From Myxococcales bacterium (lineage in GTDB: Bacteria > Myxococcota_A > UBA9042), in NCBI GenBank assembly GCA_037441385.1, contig JBBISH010000004.1, positions 32,001 to 96,000 of the forward strand: a stretch of 64,000 nt of DNA, written 5' to 3'. Positions within the stretch are counted from its first letter, which is position 1, and every line of letters starts with the position of its first letter. The translations under genes and the position numbers were made by a program. Below the pieces are notes generated by a model. It saw only the letters and a list, made by a program, of their open reading frames with translations, was not told where the DNA came from and made no database searches. Below, piece after piece: positions 46,967 to 56,191 of this stretch.

Positions 46967-47365
46967 CTACTGCCCCAACGCTTGCAGCGCGCCGTGCACG
47001 GTCGCCACGGTGGCGTCGAACCCCCCGGTGTCGGCGTCGAGCGCAGCGAGAGTTTCGACGACTTGCGGCGCCAGCCCGGCCAGCACCACCCGCGCGCCCA
47101 GCAAGCGCACCATGGCGGCAGTCTGCTGCAATGCCTTGAACTCCCAAGGATCCATCAGCTGCAGGCTGGCCACATCAAACACGACACCCTGGGCCCGCAC
47201 TTGGTGGACACGCGCCAGCAAATCGTCGCGCAGGCGCTGCACCACCGCAGAGGTCAGGTCGCGGGTCAAGGTGGCGATGACCACGCGATCGATGGTCGAC
47301 AGCGACGTCGGGGTCAGGTCGGCGTGACTCCTCTCGGGACGCTCGACCAGGGACACGCCGCTCAT
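46967..47365 (-). CDS. rsbS: RsbS-like STAS-domain protein
   Basis: Stand-alone STAS (GVVFDVASL...LLGARVVLAGLAPQVVETL) between rsbR and rsbT; ATGA overlap with rsbR. Confidence 0.82.
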   Translation of the reverse strand: MSGVSLVERPERSHADLTPTSLSTIDRVVIATLTRDLTSAVVQRLRDDLLARVHQVRAQGVVFDVASLQLMDPWEFKALQQTAAMVRLLGARVVLAGLAPQVVETLAALDADTGGFDATVATVHGALQALGQ

Positions 47366-48408
47366 GCTGCGCCCCCGCGGACGATCTCGCCGGTCTTGCG
47401 AATTTCGATGCCGATGCGGCCAAAGGCGTCTTCCAAGGCGTCGCGCAGGGTTGCGCGGGTGTGGACCTTGCCCACATCGATGCCGAGCTCGACGATGGTC
47501 TGAGCAATCGCTGGCGACAAGCCCGAGAGCAAGCACTCGCAACCCATCAGGCGCGTGGCACGCGTCACCTTGACCAAGTGGTTGGCCACGGCGGTGTCCA
47601 TCACCGACACGCCCGAAATGTCCATGATGAACACGCGGGCGCGCGTTTCGGCGATGCGGGTCAGCACCGAGCGCATGATGTCTTGGGCGCGCCGCGAGTC
47701 GACGATGCCCACCACGGGGAGCATCAAGATGTCTTCCCAAAGGGCCGTAACTGGGGTCGACATCTCTAGAATCGAGCGCGCTTGGTCGGCGATCTTCTCG
47801 TTGATGACCTGGGAGTACGCCTCGACCACGATGGCCGTGTCGATGTGAATGAGCTTGGTCACCGAGCGCTGGCAGGCCAGGAATTGCGCGGGTTTGAGAT
47901 TGCCGTCGTAGACCTCGTCCATCCACAGGCTCAGGCCCTTGTCCATCGCGGCGAAATACGCCGGCAGGCTGAGGCCCACGCGCGCGTGGACGATGCCCAC
48001 GTCGCGCCGGTAGCGCACGTAACTATCGTCGACTTCTGCGGTAAAGAACGTGCGCCAGTAGCTGGCCTGCAAGCCGCGCACGCGCGCCAAGCGGCCGGGG
48101 TCAGCAAAGAACAGGTCGTACTCGGGCTGGCCCGACATCCAGACGTAGAAGGCGGTCAAGAAGTCTTCGATGCGCGGCGCCAGGATCGCGCCCATCTTGC
48201 GAACGAGATCGCGATCGACTTCGGTGAATTGGTGCCGCTCGATCAACTGGTAGGCGTTGGTGAGCGCAGAAAACGGCACGTCGCTGCCCGGCCAGGTGCC
48301 CGTACGGTAGCTGTCGCTGCCGGTGTTCGGCGGCGGGTGGCTGGGAGCTTCGGCGGAAGAATCGCCCAAGTTGCCGTGGGTTTGGTTGGATCGACCGGCC
48401 TGTGGCAT
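47362..48408 (-). CDS. rsbR: RsbR stressosome sensor: protoglobin/globin-coupled sensor plus STAS
   Basis: Globin motifs FYVWM, LQASYW, VGIVHARVGL; STAS MSTPV...LPVVGIVDSRRA...MDISGVSVMDTAVANHL...SGLSPAIAQTIVELG. Confidence 0.9.
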   Translation of the reverse strand: MPQAGRSNQTHGNLGDSSAEAPSHPPPNTGSDSYRTGTWPGSDVPFSALTNAYQLIERHQFTEVDRDLVRKMGAILAPRIEDFLTAFYVWMSGQPEYDLFFADPGRLARVRGLQASYWRTFFTAEVDDSYVRYRRDVGIVHARVGLSLPAYFAAMDKGLSLWMDEVYDGNLKPAQFLACQRSVTKLIHIDTAIVVEAYSQVINEKIADQARSILEMSTPVTALWEDILMLPVVGIVDSRRAQDIMRSVLTRIAETRARVFIMDISGVSVMDTAVANHLVKVTRATRLMGCECLLSGLSPAIAQTIVELGIDVGKVHTRATLRDALEDAFGRIGIEIRKTGEIVRGGAA

Positions 48409-48482
48409 TCTGCCTCGTCGGGCGCCCCGGCGCCGCGCGCGTCATGGTACTGCAATTCGCCTCAGGATGACACTTGATGCGC

Positions 48483-48537
48483 ACCCCGGTTCGGGTCCGA
48501 AGAAATGCCCGAGTTTTCGATCGGATTCGGACGGAAC
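48483..48537 (-). repeat. Dispersed structured intergenic repeat, partial inverted copy
   Basis: Reverse complement matches 51921-51975 with 4 mismatches in 55 nt. Confidence 0.8.
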
Positions 48538-48716
48538 CGTTGGGCAGTTCCTCGCGAGGACGGCGACGGTGCCGCGGACTGGGCGGCTGCCACGGCGGTG
48601 GCGCTGCGGTCACGTAGCCTCAGGGGACGCAAGGATGTTTCTGGAAGCGGTTGCGACCCCGCGCGAACTTGCCCACACTGCCCATCGCGCCGCACGCGAT
48701 CGCGGCCAGGCTGCCG

Positions 48717-49853
48717 ATGACCCTCGCCATCCACCAGTTTGAACGCCAAGCCGGCCACGACGCGCGCGCAGTCGACGCGTTCGTTGCCCAGCACTCGTTT
48801 CCGATTATCGAAGGCCGCACGGGCACCTTTGTCTACCGCGGCAAGGCCGACGACGTGCGGCTGCGCCACTTTGTGTTCGGGTTGCCGTCGGATATGCCGA
48901 TGACGCGCATCCCGCGGACGGACCTGTGGTACGTGGTGCTCGACGTGCCCGCGCGATCGCGCTTTGAGTACAAATTCGAGGTGGTGCGCGGCGGCAAAGG
49001 CACTTGGGTCCGCGACCCGCACAACGCGCGCCAGGCCCACGATCCTTTCGGCTCCAATTCGGTCTGCCACGGCGAGGGGTATCAGCTGCCGGACTGGGTG
49101 GAAGTGGACGCAGACGCGCGCGAGGGCGCCCTGCACGAACTGGTGATCCCGACTACGCCCTGGGGCGAACCGCGCAACATCACGGTGTATACCCCGGCGC
49201 GCTTCCGCGTATCGCGGCGCTACCCGCTGCTGGTGGTGCACGATGGCGGCGACTACCTGAAATTCGCTCGCATGAAGGTGGTGCTCGACAACCTGATCCA
49301 CCGGCTTGAAGTGGCGCCGATGGTGGTGGCCTTCACGCATCCCCGCAATCGCATGGTGGAATATCCAGACCAGGCGCAACACCAGGCCTACATCGTCGAG
49401 CACGTCGTGCCGTTCATGGAGGAGCACTACCCGCTGTACAAGACGCCCGCGCAGCGCTGCCTGATGGGCGCGAGTTTTGGCGGCGTCGCCAGTCTGAGCA
49501 CGGCTTGGCACTACCCCGGCGTGTTTGGAAAACTGCTTTTGCAGTCGGGCAGTTTTGCCTTTACCGACATTGGCCAGCACACTCGCGGGCCCGCGTTTGA
49601 CCGGGTGGTCGAGTTCGTCAATGCCTTTCGCGAGGCGCCCGGCAAACCGTGCGATCGCGCCTACCTGTCGTGCGGCACATACGAGTCGCTGATCTACGAG
49701 AACCGCTCGATGGTACCGTTCTTGCAGGGAATTGGCCTGGACGTGCGCTTCGAGGAAGCCCGCGACGGCCACAATTGGGAGAATTGGCGTGATCGCCTGC
49801 AGTCGGCCCTGAGTTGGCTGTTTCCGGGGCCGCTGTGGATGGTCTACGAGTAG
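48717..49853 (+). CDS. Esterase (Fes/enterochelin-esterase-like) with N-terminal beta-sandwich domain
   Basis: FEYKF...DPHN, YPLLVVHDG, MGASFGG (GxSxG), LQSGSF, DGHNWENWRD. Confidence 0.85.
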   Translation: MTLAIHQFERQAGHDARAVDAFVAQHSFPIIEGRTGTFVYRGKADDVRLRHFVFGLPSDMPMTRIPRTDLWYVVLDVPARSRFEYKFEVVRGGKGTWVRDPHNARQAHDPFGSNSVCHGEGYQLPDWVEVDADAREGALHELVIPTTPWGEPRNITVYTPARFRVSRRYPLLVVHDGGDYLKFARMKVVLDNLIHRLEVAPMVVAFTHPRNRMVEYPDQAQHQAYIVEHVVPFMEEHYPLYKTPAQRCLMGASFGGVASLSTAWHYPGVFGKLLLQSGSFAFTDIGQHTRGPAFDRVVEFVNAFREAPGKPCDRAYLSCGTYESLIYENRSMVPFLQGIGLDVRFEEARDGHNWENWRDRLQSALSWLFPGPLWMVYE

Positions 49854-50992
49854 CCGCCGCCAGCCTGGCGCTGGCCGTAGCGGCGACCGGCTGCAAAGAG
49901 CGCGAATCGCCGCGGCCCGCTCCGTTGCCGGCCGCCGCAAGTGCCTGGCCCAACGCAGACTTGGCTGGTTTGGAGTTGGCTGGGCCGGCCACCGCCGTGC
50001 TAGAAGCGGGCATCGCCGACAACGCGCCGCCTCTTGAATTCGACAAGCTTGACGCATACTTGCGTGCGACTTCGGCCTGCGAGGTGGGGCCGGTCGATGT
50101 CGACCCGTACTGCCCAGCCTACCGCCGCTATGCCACGGCGCGGCAACGGTTGCAGGTGCGTCCGGGCCTGGTGGCCGACTATGCCGCATTAGGGCTGCGC
50201 TTTTTGGGCAACGCCAGCCCGGTGGTGCGCATGCTGGCCGCGCAGCTGGCGACGGCGCAATTGCAGAATACCTATCCGCAGTTGCTCGCGGCCGCGCGGC
50301 GTGAGTCGCACCCGCAGGTCCAGGTCGTGCTGCTGACGCTGCTGACGCAGCCGGCCGCGGCGGCGGGGCGCCCTGCCGTGCTGGAGTTGGCCGACGAGCG
50401 CGCCCGATCCCCGCAATTGCCGGTGCGGGTCGCGGCCTTGCAGGTGCTGGCCAGCGAGCCGGCCGCCCACCTGGCGACTTTGGGCGATCGGCTGGCCCAC
50501 GGCGATGTTCCCGAGCAGATGACGGCATGCCGGCCCGTAGCACGGCTGTCGCCGCAACACCACGAAGTGGCTGAACTTTTGCAGCAACCGGACCTGAACA
50601 AAGAGGTTCGCGCCGCGTGCTCGCAAGGTCTGGTGGACGCGCTGTGCGGCAACGGCGACGACACCGTGCGCAAGTCGGCATGGATACTGCTGAAGGCGGA
50701 GTTGACCCGCACCGACGCCAAGCGCCCGGCCTGGCAAGCGGTTGAGGCGCTCGGCTGCCTGGCCAAGACCGACGCGCCAGAGCGGGCCGAAGTCCTTGCC
50801 TTGCTTCGCGATCTGGTAGACAGCGACGCCGCTTCGGGGTTTGCGCGGGCCGCAGCCGTGCGCAGCCTGGGCCGGCTGGGGGCGCCACACGAGTGGCAAG
50901 GCGAGTTGAGTAAGCGCTATCGAAACGAACAGTTTGGTGCCGCAGGCCAAGTCCGGCGGGCCATGCTGGACGAAGGATGGCTGCATCCATGA
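49835..50992 (+). CDS. HEAT-repeat lipoprotein (hypothetical)
   Basis: Lipobox AATGC; HEAT-like helices (SPVVRMLAA, PVRVAALQVL, ARAAAVRSLGRL). Start uncertain. Confidence 0.65.
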   Translation: MDGLRVAAASLALAVAATGCKERESPRPAPLPAAASAWPNADLAGLELAGPATAVLEAGIADNAPPLEFDKLDAYLRATSACEVGPVDVDPYCPAYRRYATARQRLQVRPGLVADYAALGLRFLGNASPVVRMLAAQLATAQLQNTYPQLLAAARRESHPQVQVVLLTLLTQPAAAAGRPAVLELADERARSPQLPVRVAALQVLASEPAAHLATLGDRLAHGDVPEQMTACRPVARLSPQHHEVAELLQQPDLNKEVRAACSQGLVDALCGNGDDTVRKSAWILLKAELTRTDAKRPAWQAVEALGCLAKTDAPERAEVLALLRDLVDSDAASGFARAAAVRSLGRLGAPHEWQGELSKRYRNEQFGAAGQVRRAMLDEGWLHP

Positions 50993-51879
50993 TCGAGGGC
51001 ATGCCACAGATCGGGATGGGCGAAGTGATGGCGCTGAGCTGCGCCGCTTGCTGGGCCACCGCGGTGATGCTGTTTCGTCGCGTGGGGGCAGTGGACGCGA
51101 CTGCCTTGAATCTGTTCAAGAATGTCGTGGCGTCGGTGCTGCTACTGGCGACGATGGCGGCGCTGGGCAAGGGTTGGGACACGCACCGTTCGACCGAAGA
51201 CTGGCTGCGGCTGGCGGGCAGCGCGGTGCTGGGCTTGTCCATTGCCGATACGCTGTTCTTGGCCGGGCTGCAGCGAGTGGGGACCAGCGTCGCCGCGGTG
51301 ACGGACTGCATCTACTCGCCGATTGTGATGACGCTTTCGGCCCTGCTGATCGGCGAGGAGCTGCGCGGCGGGCTGCTGATTGGAGCGCCACTGGTGGTGG
51401 CCGGTCTGGCGGTGGTGGCCTGGCAAGGTCGTGAAACACTTGAGCATCTTGACTTGGGCGGGGTGGCTCTGTGCCTGGGCGGCGTGGCGACGACGGCGCT
51501 GGCGGTGGTGGTGGCCAAGCCGGCGCTGAACCGCTCGGACTTGCTCGAAGCGACCACCTTTCGGCTGGTGGTGGGCGCGGTGGCCATCGTGGTGTGGGAC
51601 GGACTGACCGGCAAAATCGGTCGCAGCTTCAGCTTATTTCGACCTCAAGCCGCCTGGCGTATGGCGATCCCGGCGACACTGGTGGGCACCTACCTGTCCA
51701 TGCTGCTGTGGCTGGGCGGCATCAAATACACCATGGCTTCGCGGGCGGCGCTGCTGAACCAGATGGGCACGGTGTTCACGCTGCTGCTGTCGGCCTGGCT
51801 GGGCGACAAGATCCCGCGGCAGCGCTGGGTGGGCGCTGGGCTGGCGATCGCGGGCGCGATGGTCGTGCTGGCGGGCTAG
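50989..51879 (+). CDS. DMT/EamA family transporter
   Basis: About 10 TM segments in two EamA-like halves; ATGA overlap with the upstream gene. Confidence 0.85.
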   Translation: MIEGMPQIGMGEVMALSCAACWATAVMLFRRVGAVDATALNLFKNVVASVLLLATMAALGKGWDTHRSTEDWLRLAGSAVLGLSIADTLFLAGLQRVGTSVAAVTDCIYSPIVMTLSALLIGEELRGGLLIGAPLVVAGLAVVAWQGRETLEHLDLGGVALCLGGVATTALAVVVAKPALNRSDLLEATTFRLVVGAVAIVVWDGLTGKIGRSFSLFRPQAAWRMAIPATLVGTYLSMLLWLGGIKYTMASRAALLNQMGTVFTLLLSAWLGDKIPRQRWVGAGLAIAGAMVVLAG

Positions 51880-54298
51880 AGGCTTGACGGCGCGGGTGCG
51901 CGGAGAATGCCCTAATTCCAGTTCCGTCCGAATCGGATCGAAAACTCGGGCAATTCTTCGGGTCCGAACCGGGGTCCCCGCCTGATTCTCGCCGGTTGCA
52001 GACCGGGTCAGAGAAGCCGTACAGGCGTGAATCAGACGGGGTTCGTATAACTAATCCGCTCTCTAGAACACCAATCACAAATCTCCGAGGTTCAGAGCAA
52101 CGAGACCACTCGCTGACGAAAACTCGTTGATGTTCAGTGGGTCGCAAGCGGGCCGCCCAAAGCACTGCACTGGCGCGCCCCGTCGCGACGTTTGCCGCGA
52201 GGACTGGGCTGCTGATCGGTGCTCCAGGAGCCTGTCGCCGTCGCCCACCTACCAGAAGCAGCAGCAGTGCCGGTCCCAGCCACCCAAGCCCAGGCGGCGA
52301 GCGCGGTCGCGCTGCACAGCCGGTGTCTGGCGAACTGGCGCCGGCCTTGGCAGGGGTGCTGGCGCTGTCCAGGCTGCCACCATCGGGGCTGCCGATCGCC
52401 GCTCCCGCCGGTGGCGGCGCTCCAGACTCCCAGCCCGCCTTGGGATTGCAGCCCGCGGGCGCGTGCCAGACGCCCACCGCAGTGACCAGCGGGTCGCTGG
52501 GCGGAACCGTCCATTGCGGAGCCGGCTGGGCAACAAAGTCTTTGGGCAGCTGGGGTTGCCCCGGCTTGGCTCCTGCTATCGCGCTGCTGACAACCAGAGC
52601 CTGCGCGGGTGCCACGGGCAGGGGACCGCCCTCTTCATCGAGCAACTGGATCGCGGCGGCGGCCGGCGTCTGCGCAAAGCGAGGCGCGACTGCGGTATCG
52701 TTGTCCACCACCCAACTGCCCAATTCGGGCCACGTAATGCGCTTGGCTGTTTGCCCGTAGCCCGCCCAGCCGGTCAAGCAGACTGGGTTGATGGACCCTT
52801 GCCTTGTGTTCGCCACCGAAGGCAGGCCCTTGTTGAAGGCGAACACCGGGTCGCGGTCCATCTCGTCTGGCGAGATCCGCATCACCAGGCGGGTCGCCAC
52901 CGCGGCCTTGGCCAACTGCGCCGCTACCTCGGCAACCGGATCCACCAGCTGTTTCTGGACTACTTCCGCGGCTTTGACACCGTCGACCGCGTGCTGGGAC
53001 AAGGCCTGGTGGGTGAACAACTCTGGCGAAGCGGCCACCGGGCAGTGTTCGAAATCAACCATGCCGGCCTGCCAATACTTGGCGCAGCCGCGCAGGTTGC
53101 CCAGCACCTGCAGGGCCGTGGTGCCGGTCGCATAGGTCGACAGACCCAAGGCCTCGTCCAAGGTGTCTGCCACTTCCTGCGTGACCGGCAGCCCGCCACC
53201 AGCCAAGAGCTGGCCAAGTTGCAGATAGTTCTTCACCGCGCTCATGGCCGCCGGCGTGCCAGCTGGAATCCAGGCCAGCCCGCCCACCGCGCTGCCCGGC
53301 TGCGCGTACTCCGTCACGAACGCGTTGCCCCCAGCCTCGTCCACGGCAGCGGCCAGCAGCTGCGCGTAGTTGCCTGGCACGCGGCACACGCCTAGACCAG
53401 CTGCCGGATCGGGGCACGGAACTTCTGGGCCAACGGCGTAGCTCATGCGCAGCGGATTGAGTTGCACATCCAGATGGTTCTTGACGATGGCGCGGCCGGG
53501 TCCCGCGAGCGTGACCACCACCGTCATGTCGTCCTGGGCGGCAATCGAGGTCAACCGCAGCGGCACGCACGGCTCGGCGTCGTCCATGGTCAGAGTGATG
53601 GGCCGAATGGCACCGATGCCTTGGCCGTTCTGCAGCTTGACGGCGACGAAGAGGTCCCCTTTGGCCACGTGGCTGGCCAGGATCGGTTTGGCCTTGCTTG
53701 GGGTCGCATAGCCGTGATCGTTCAACCACTTGTAGAGCGGTTCTACCTGGGATCCTTGAATGATTTGGTAGTCGTACGGCCCGGTGGCGCCGCTGGCCAA
53801 GACGGCAACCTCGCCTGCCCCCACATCCGCCGCCCAACCGTCGTCGGTGGCCGAAGCATCGAGGCCTTTGGCCACGTCGCTCGCGGCCGACACCTGAAAA
53901 CTGGCACACCCGATGCCAGGATCGCGGCAATTCTCTGGCGGCGCGATGACCAAGCGAATTCGCGCCGCCATCCTCTGATCCAGGGCGTCCAAGACAGCTA
54001 CCGTTCCCACGCCCACCTTGGGGAGCTTGGGCACGGGCAACACCCAGGCGAAATCCTTGGCCAATCCAGAGTAGCGGACCTCTACCCACACCGTGGACAC
54101 CTTGGACACAGGGTCGCGCAAGAACAGCACGCGCTCGGCGTTTTGCACCACGACCTGATTGGGCGCCGTGTCCAGGGTGGGGCTGATACAGGCGCCGCAC
54201 GCGTATGCGGTGCCCGCTTGAGTGCCCATGATCGTCCACGCCAGTGCCAAGAGCGCACATAGAGACTTGAATTCTTTGCGAGTACTGGACGGCCGCAT
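51776..54298 (-). CDS. DUF2330-domain secreted protein with MYXO-CTERM-like anchor; ORF reads through about 150 aa past the anchor
   Basis: AYACGAC, QNAERVLF, FAWVLPVP, GPYDY, WLNDHGY, PCVPLRLTSIAA; GCAA...LLLLLVGGRRR near 52235-52320; GGAGG RBS before ATG 54298. Confidence 0.78.
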   Translation of the reverse strand: MRPSSTRKEFKSLCALLALAWTIMGTQAGTAYACGACISPTLDTAPNQVVVQNAERVLFLRDPVSKVSTVWVEVRYSGLAKDFAWVLPVPKLPKVGVGTVAVLDALDQRMAARIRLVIAPPENCRDPGIGCASFQVSAASDVAKGLDASATDDGWAADVGAGEVAVLASGATGPYDYQIIQGSQVEPLYKWLNDHGYATPSKAKPILASHVAKGDLFVAVKLQNGQGIGAIRPITLTMDDAEPCVPLRLTSIAAQDDMTVVVTLAGPGRAIVKNHLDVQLNPLRMSYAVGPEVPCPDPAAGLGVCRVPGNYAQLLAAAVDEAGGNAFVTEYAQPGSAVGGLAWIPAGTPAAMSAVKNYLQLGQLLAGGGLPVTQEVADTLDEALGLSTYATGTTALQVLGNLRGCAKYWQAGMVDFEHCPVAASPELFTHQALSQHAVDGVKAAEVVQKQLVDPVAEVAAQLAKAAVATRLVMRISPDEMDRDPVFAFNKGLPSVANTRQGSINPVCLTGWAGYGQTAKRITWPELGSWVVDNDTAVAPRFAQTPAAAAIQLLDEEGGPLPVAPAQALVVSSAIAGAKPGQPQLPKDFVAQPAPQWTVPPSDPLVTAVGVWHAPAGCNPKAGWESGAPPPAGAAIGSPDGGSLDSASTPAKAGASSPDTGCAARPRSPPGLGWLGPALLLLLVGGRRRQAPGAPISSPVLAANVATGRASAVLWAARLRPTEHQRVFVSEWSRCSEPRRFVIGVLESGLVIRTPSDSRLYGFSDPVCNRRESGGDPGSDPKNCPSFRSDSDGTGIRAFSAHPRRQASSPPARPSRPRSPAQRPPSAAAGSCRPARPTAAA
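51921..52049 (+). repeat. Dispersed structured intergenic repeat, copy 2 (longest)
   Basis: Matches 18755-18871 and the reverse complement of 48483-48537. Confidence 0.85.
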
Positions 54299-54317
54299 GG
54301 TCACCTCCATCTTCGAG

Positions 54318-56042
54318 CTAGCCTTGGCCACAAGTGACCGCTGCCGGCAAGGCCACATGCGCACAACCACCTGGATTGACGCAGCTGTCGGCGGTGCACG
54401 GGTCACCGTCGTCGCAACTGGTCAGGCCTGCGCAGGGGCCGGCGGCCTTGCAGCCCAGGTGCCCCCAGGCATCGGCCAAGCCGAGCCAGGCACTGGCATA
54501 CGTGGTGTAGACACCATTCTTGCTGGGCGTGCTCAGGCCCGCCACAGCCAGCCGCCCATCGGCGAGGGCAATGACGTCCGTCGCCAGGTCTTGCCCGCCC
54601 AGGTTCATCTCGGTCTGCCAGGCGACCTCGTCCTGGTCGTTCAAACCGATCAACCACTTGGGTCCGCCCTGCGGCGCGGAAATGACCAACAAGTCGCCGG
54701 TCGCCGTCGGTTCTGCAACCATCAGGTAGCCGGCCGGCAAGTTGGCCTTGCTCCACAACAGGTTGCCCGCTGCATCCAGGCGGAGGCACGCCATCCCGAC
54801 GGCCGTCGTCGCGTTCTTGAGCCCGGCGATCGCTGTAATCGCCCCCGAGGGCCTGGCAATCAGCGCGCGCACATCCAGGTACAAAGTCGCATCGAGTTGG
54901 ACCGTGGCAACCGTGGTGCCTTGGCCGTCCAACCACAGCAAGCGCGAGTCCGCTTGCCCATAGCTGCCCGCCTCGCCGTAGGCCGCCGCCACCGCCTGCC
55001 CGGTAGCCGGCGCCACGGCGGCCGTGACCATGTTGTACTTATTCAGGTTGATCACGCTGTTCCAGAGCACCTTGTCGTTGGCGTCAACGCGGCCAAGCCA
55101 GGTGGTAGAAAAGACATTGGACTCTGTCTCGGCCCAGCCCGAGAGCAAGGCGCCGCCGTCCGGTGTGGGCTGCAAGTGGAAGCAACTGCGGCGATTGGGG
55201 CTGTCAAAGTCCAAGACGACAGGTGGCGCCATCCCCTTGGAACGGCCAAACCAGGCGAAGGTCTGACTTTTGCCTGGCTTTTCCCCGCAGAGGAGCACGC
55301 TGCCGTCGCTGCCGCGACGCGCCGCGTTGGCCGCAGGAACGCTTTGCCAGCCGGGCGCCTCGTGCATGGCCACGCCCTTGGCCTGCAGGTCGATGACGGC
55401 CACGCGCTGCTGCCACTGTCCGCTGGTGCCACTGTAGGTGTGGCCGATCGCGGCGATCTGGTTGCTGCCCAGCTGCGCCAAGTGGATGGGCTCGAAACCC
55501 TTGAGGCCGTCCAACGCAAACGCGCCAAGCTGCGTCCCGTCCGGGCAATTGTCGGCCACGCAGGTGCCTCTCGCGCAGGTGCCGCTGCCCAACGGGCACA
55601 GCAGGCCGTCTGGCGCCGGTTTGCTCTTGCAGGCGTTCTTGATGCACGTATCGATGGTGCAGGGATTGTTGTCGCTGCACCCTGCCGGTCCGTGCGCGCA
55701 GCCGCTGTACGGGTCGCAGCCGTCGAGCGTGCACATATCGCCGTCGTCGCACGAATAGGGCGTGGTCGTGCATCCGGCTTTGGGGTCGCACCCGTCAAGC
55801 GTGCAAGGGTTTGCGTCCCAGCACACCCGGTCGGCGTGTTCGCACCTTGACGCGCGACAGACGTCGAGCGTGCATGCGTTGCCGTCGTTGCATTGTCCGT
55901 TGTTTTGACAGGGATTGCCTGTGCTGGCTTGCCCCACTCCTTGGCCGCCGACCTGGACTGAATCATGGGACGACGCCGGGCACCCCGCCAAGGCCAAGCA
56001 GATGGCCAAGGTGGAGAGGGGCTGAGTGAAGCGTGATTTCAT
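54318..56042 (-). CDS. Lipoprotein with Cys-rich CDDGxxCTxDxC repeats and a beta-propeller-like domain
   Basis: Lipobox LAGC; five CxDxNxCTxDxC-type units; LDAAGNLLWS / VDANDKVLWN propeller blades. Confidence 0.8.
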   Translation of the reverse strand: MKSRFTQPLSTLAICLALAGCPASSHDSVQVGGQGVGQASTGNPCQNNGQCNDGNACTLDVCRASRCEHADRVCWDANPCTLDGCDPKAGCTTTPYSCDDGDMCTLDGCDPYSGCAHGPAGCSDNNPCTIDTCIKNACKSKPAPDGLLCPLGSGTCARGTCVADNCPDGTQLGAFALDGLKGFEPIHLAQLGSNQIAAIGHTYSGTSGQWQQRVAVIDLQAKGVAMHEAPGWQSVPAANAARRGSDGSVLLCGEKPGKSQTFAWFGRSKGMAPPVVLDFDSPNRRSCFHLQPTPDGGALLSGWAETESNVFSTTWLGRVDANDKVLWNSVINLNKYNMVTAAVAPATGQAVAAAYGEAGSYGQADSRLLWLDGQGTTVATVQLDATLYLDVRALIARPSGAITAIAGLKNATTAVGMACLRLDAAGNLLWSKANLPAGYLMVAEPTATGDLLVISAPQGGPKWLIGLNDQDEVAWQTEMNLGGQDLATDVIALADGRLAVAGLSTPSKNGVYTTYASAWLGLADAWGHLGCKAAGPCAGLTSCDDGDPCTADSCVNPGGCAHVALPAAVTCGQG

Positions 56043-56191
56043 GGCCAGCTTCGGGACACATGGGTCTACAAGGGCAGTATCTGCCGCCCCCATGGCGTGT
56101 CAAGCACCACGAGAGCGGGCCCGGCCACGCTGCACCGCGGCTCGGCTCCGAGCACCTTGCGCGGCACGGCCAGCCGGTCGACACTTCGGCC

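Noticed and set aside
48462..51311. Long antisense or alternative-frame ORFs (e.g. 48462-51311, 11094-13124, 27684-29846, 33848-35770, 61592-63379)
   Set aside because: Shadow ORFs typical of high-GC DNA; they overlap well-supported genes, are Arg/Pro/Ala-rich and show no motifs.
52095..52135. Hammerhead-like CTGACGA..AAA inside a CAACGAG/CTCGTTG stem
   Set aside because: There is no stem II between CTGANGA and GAAA, so the catalytic core cannot be built.
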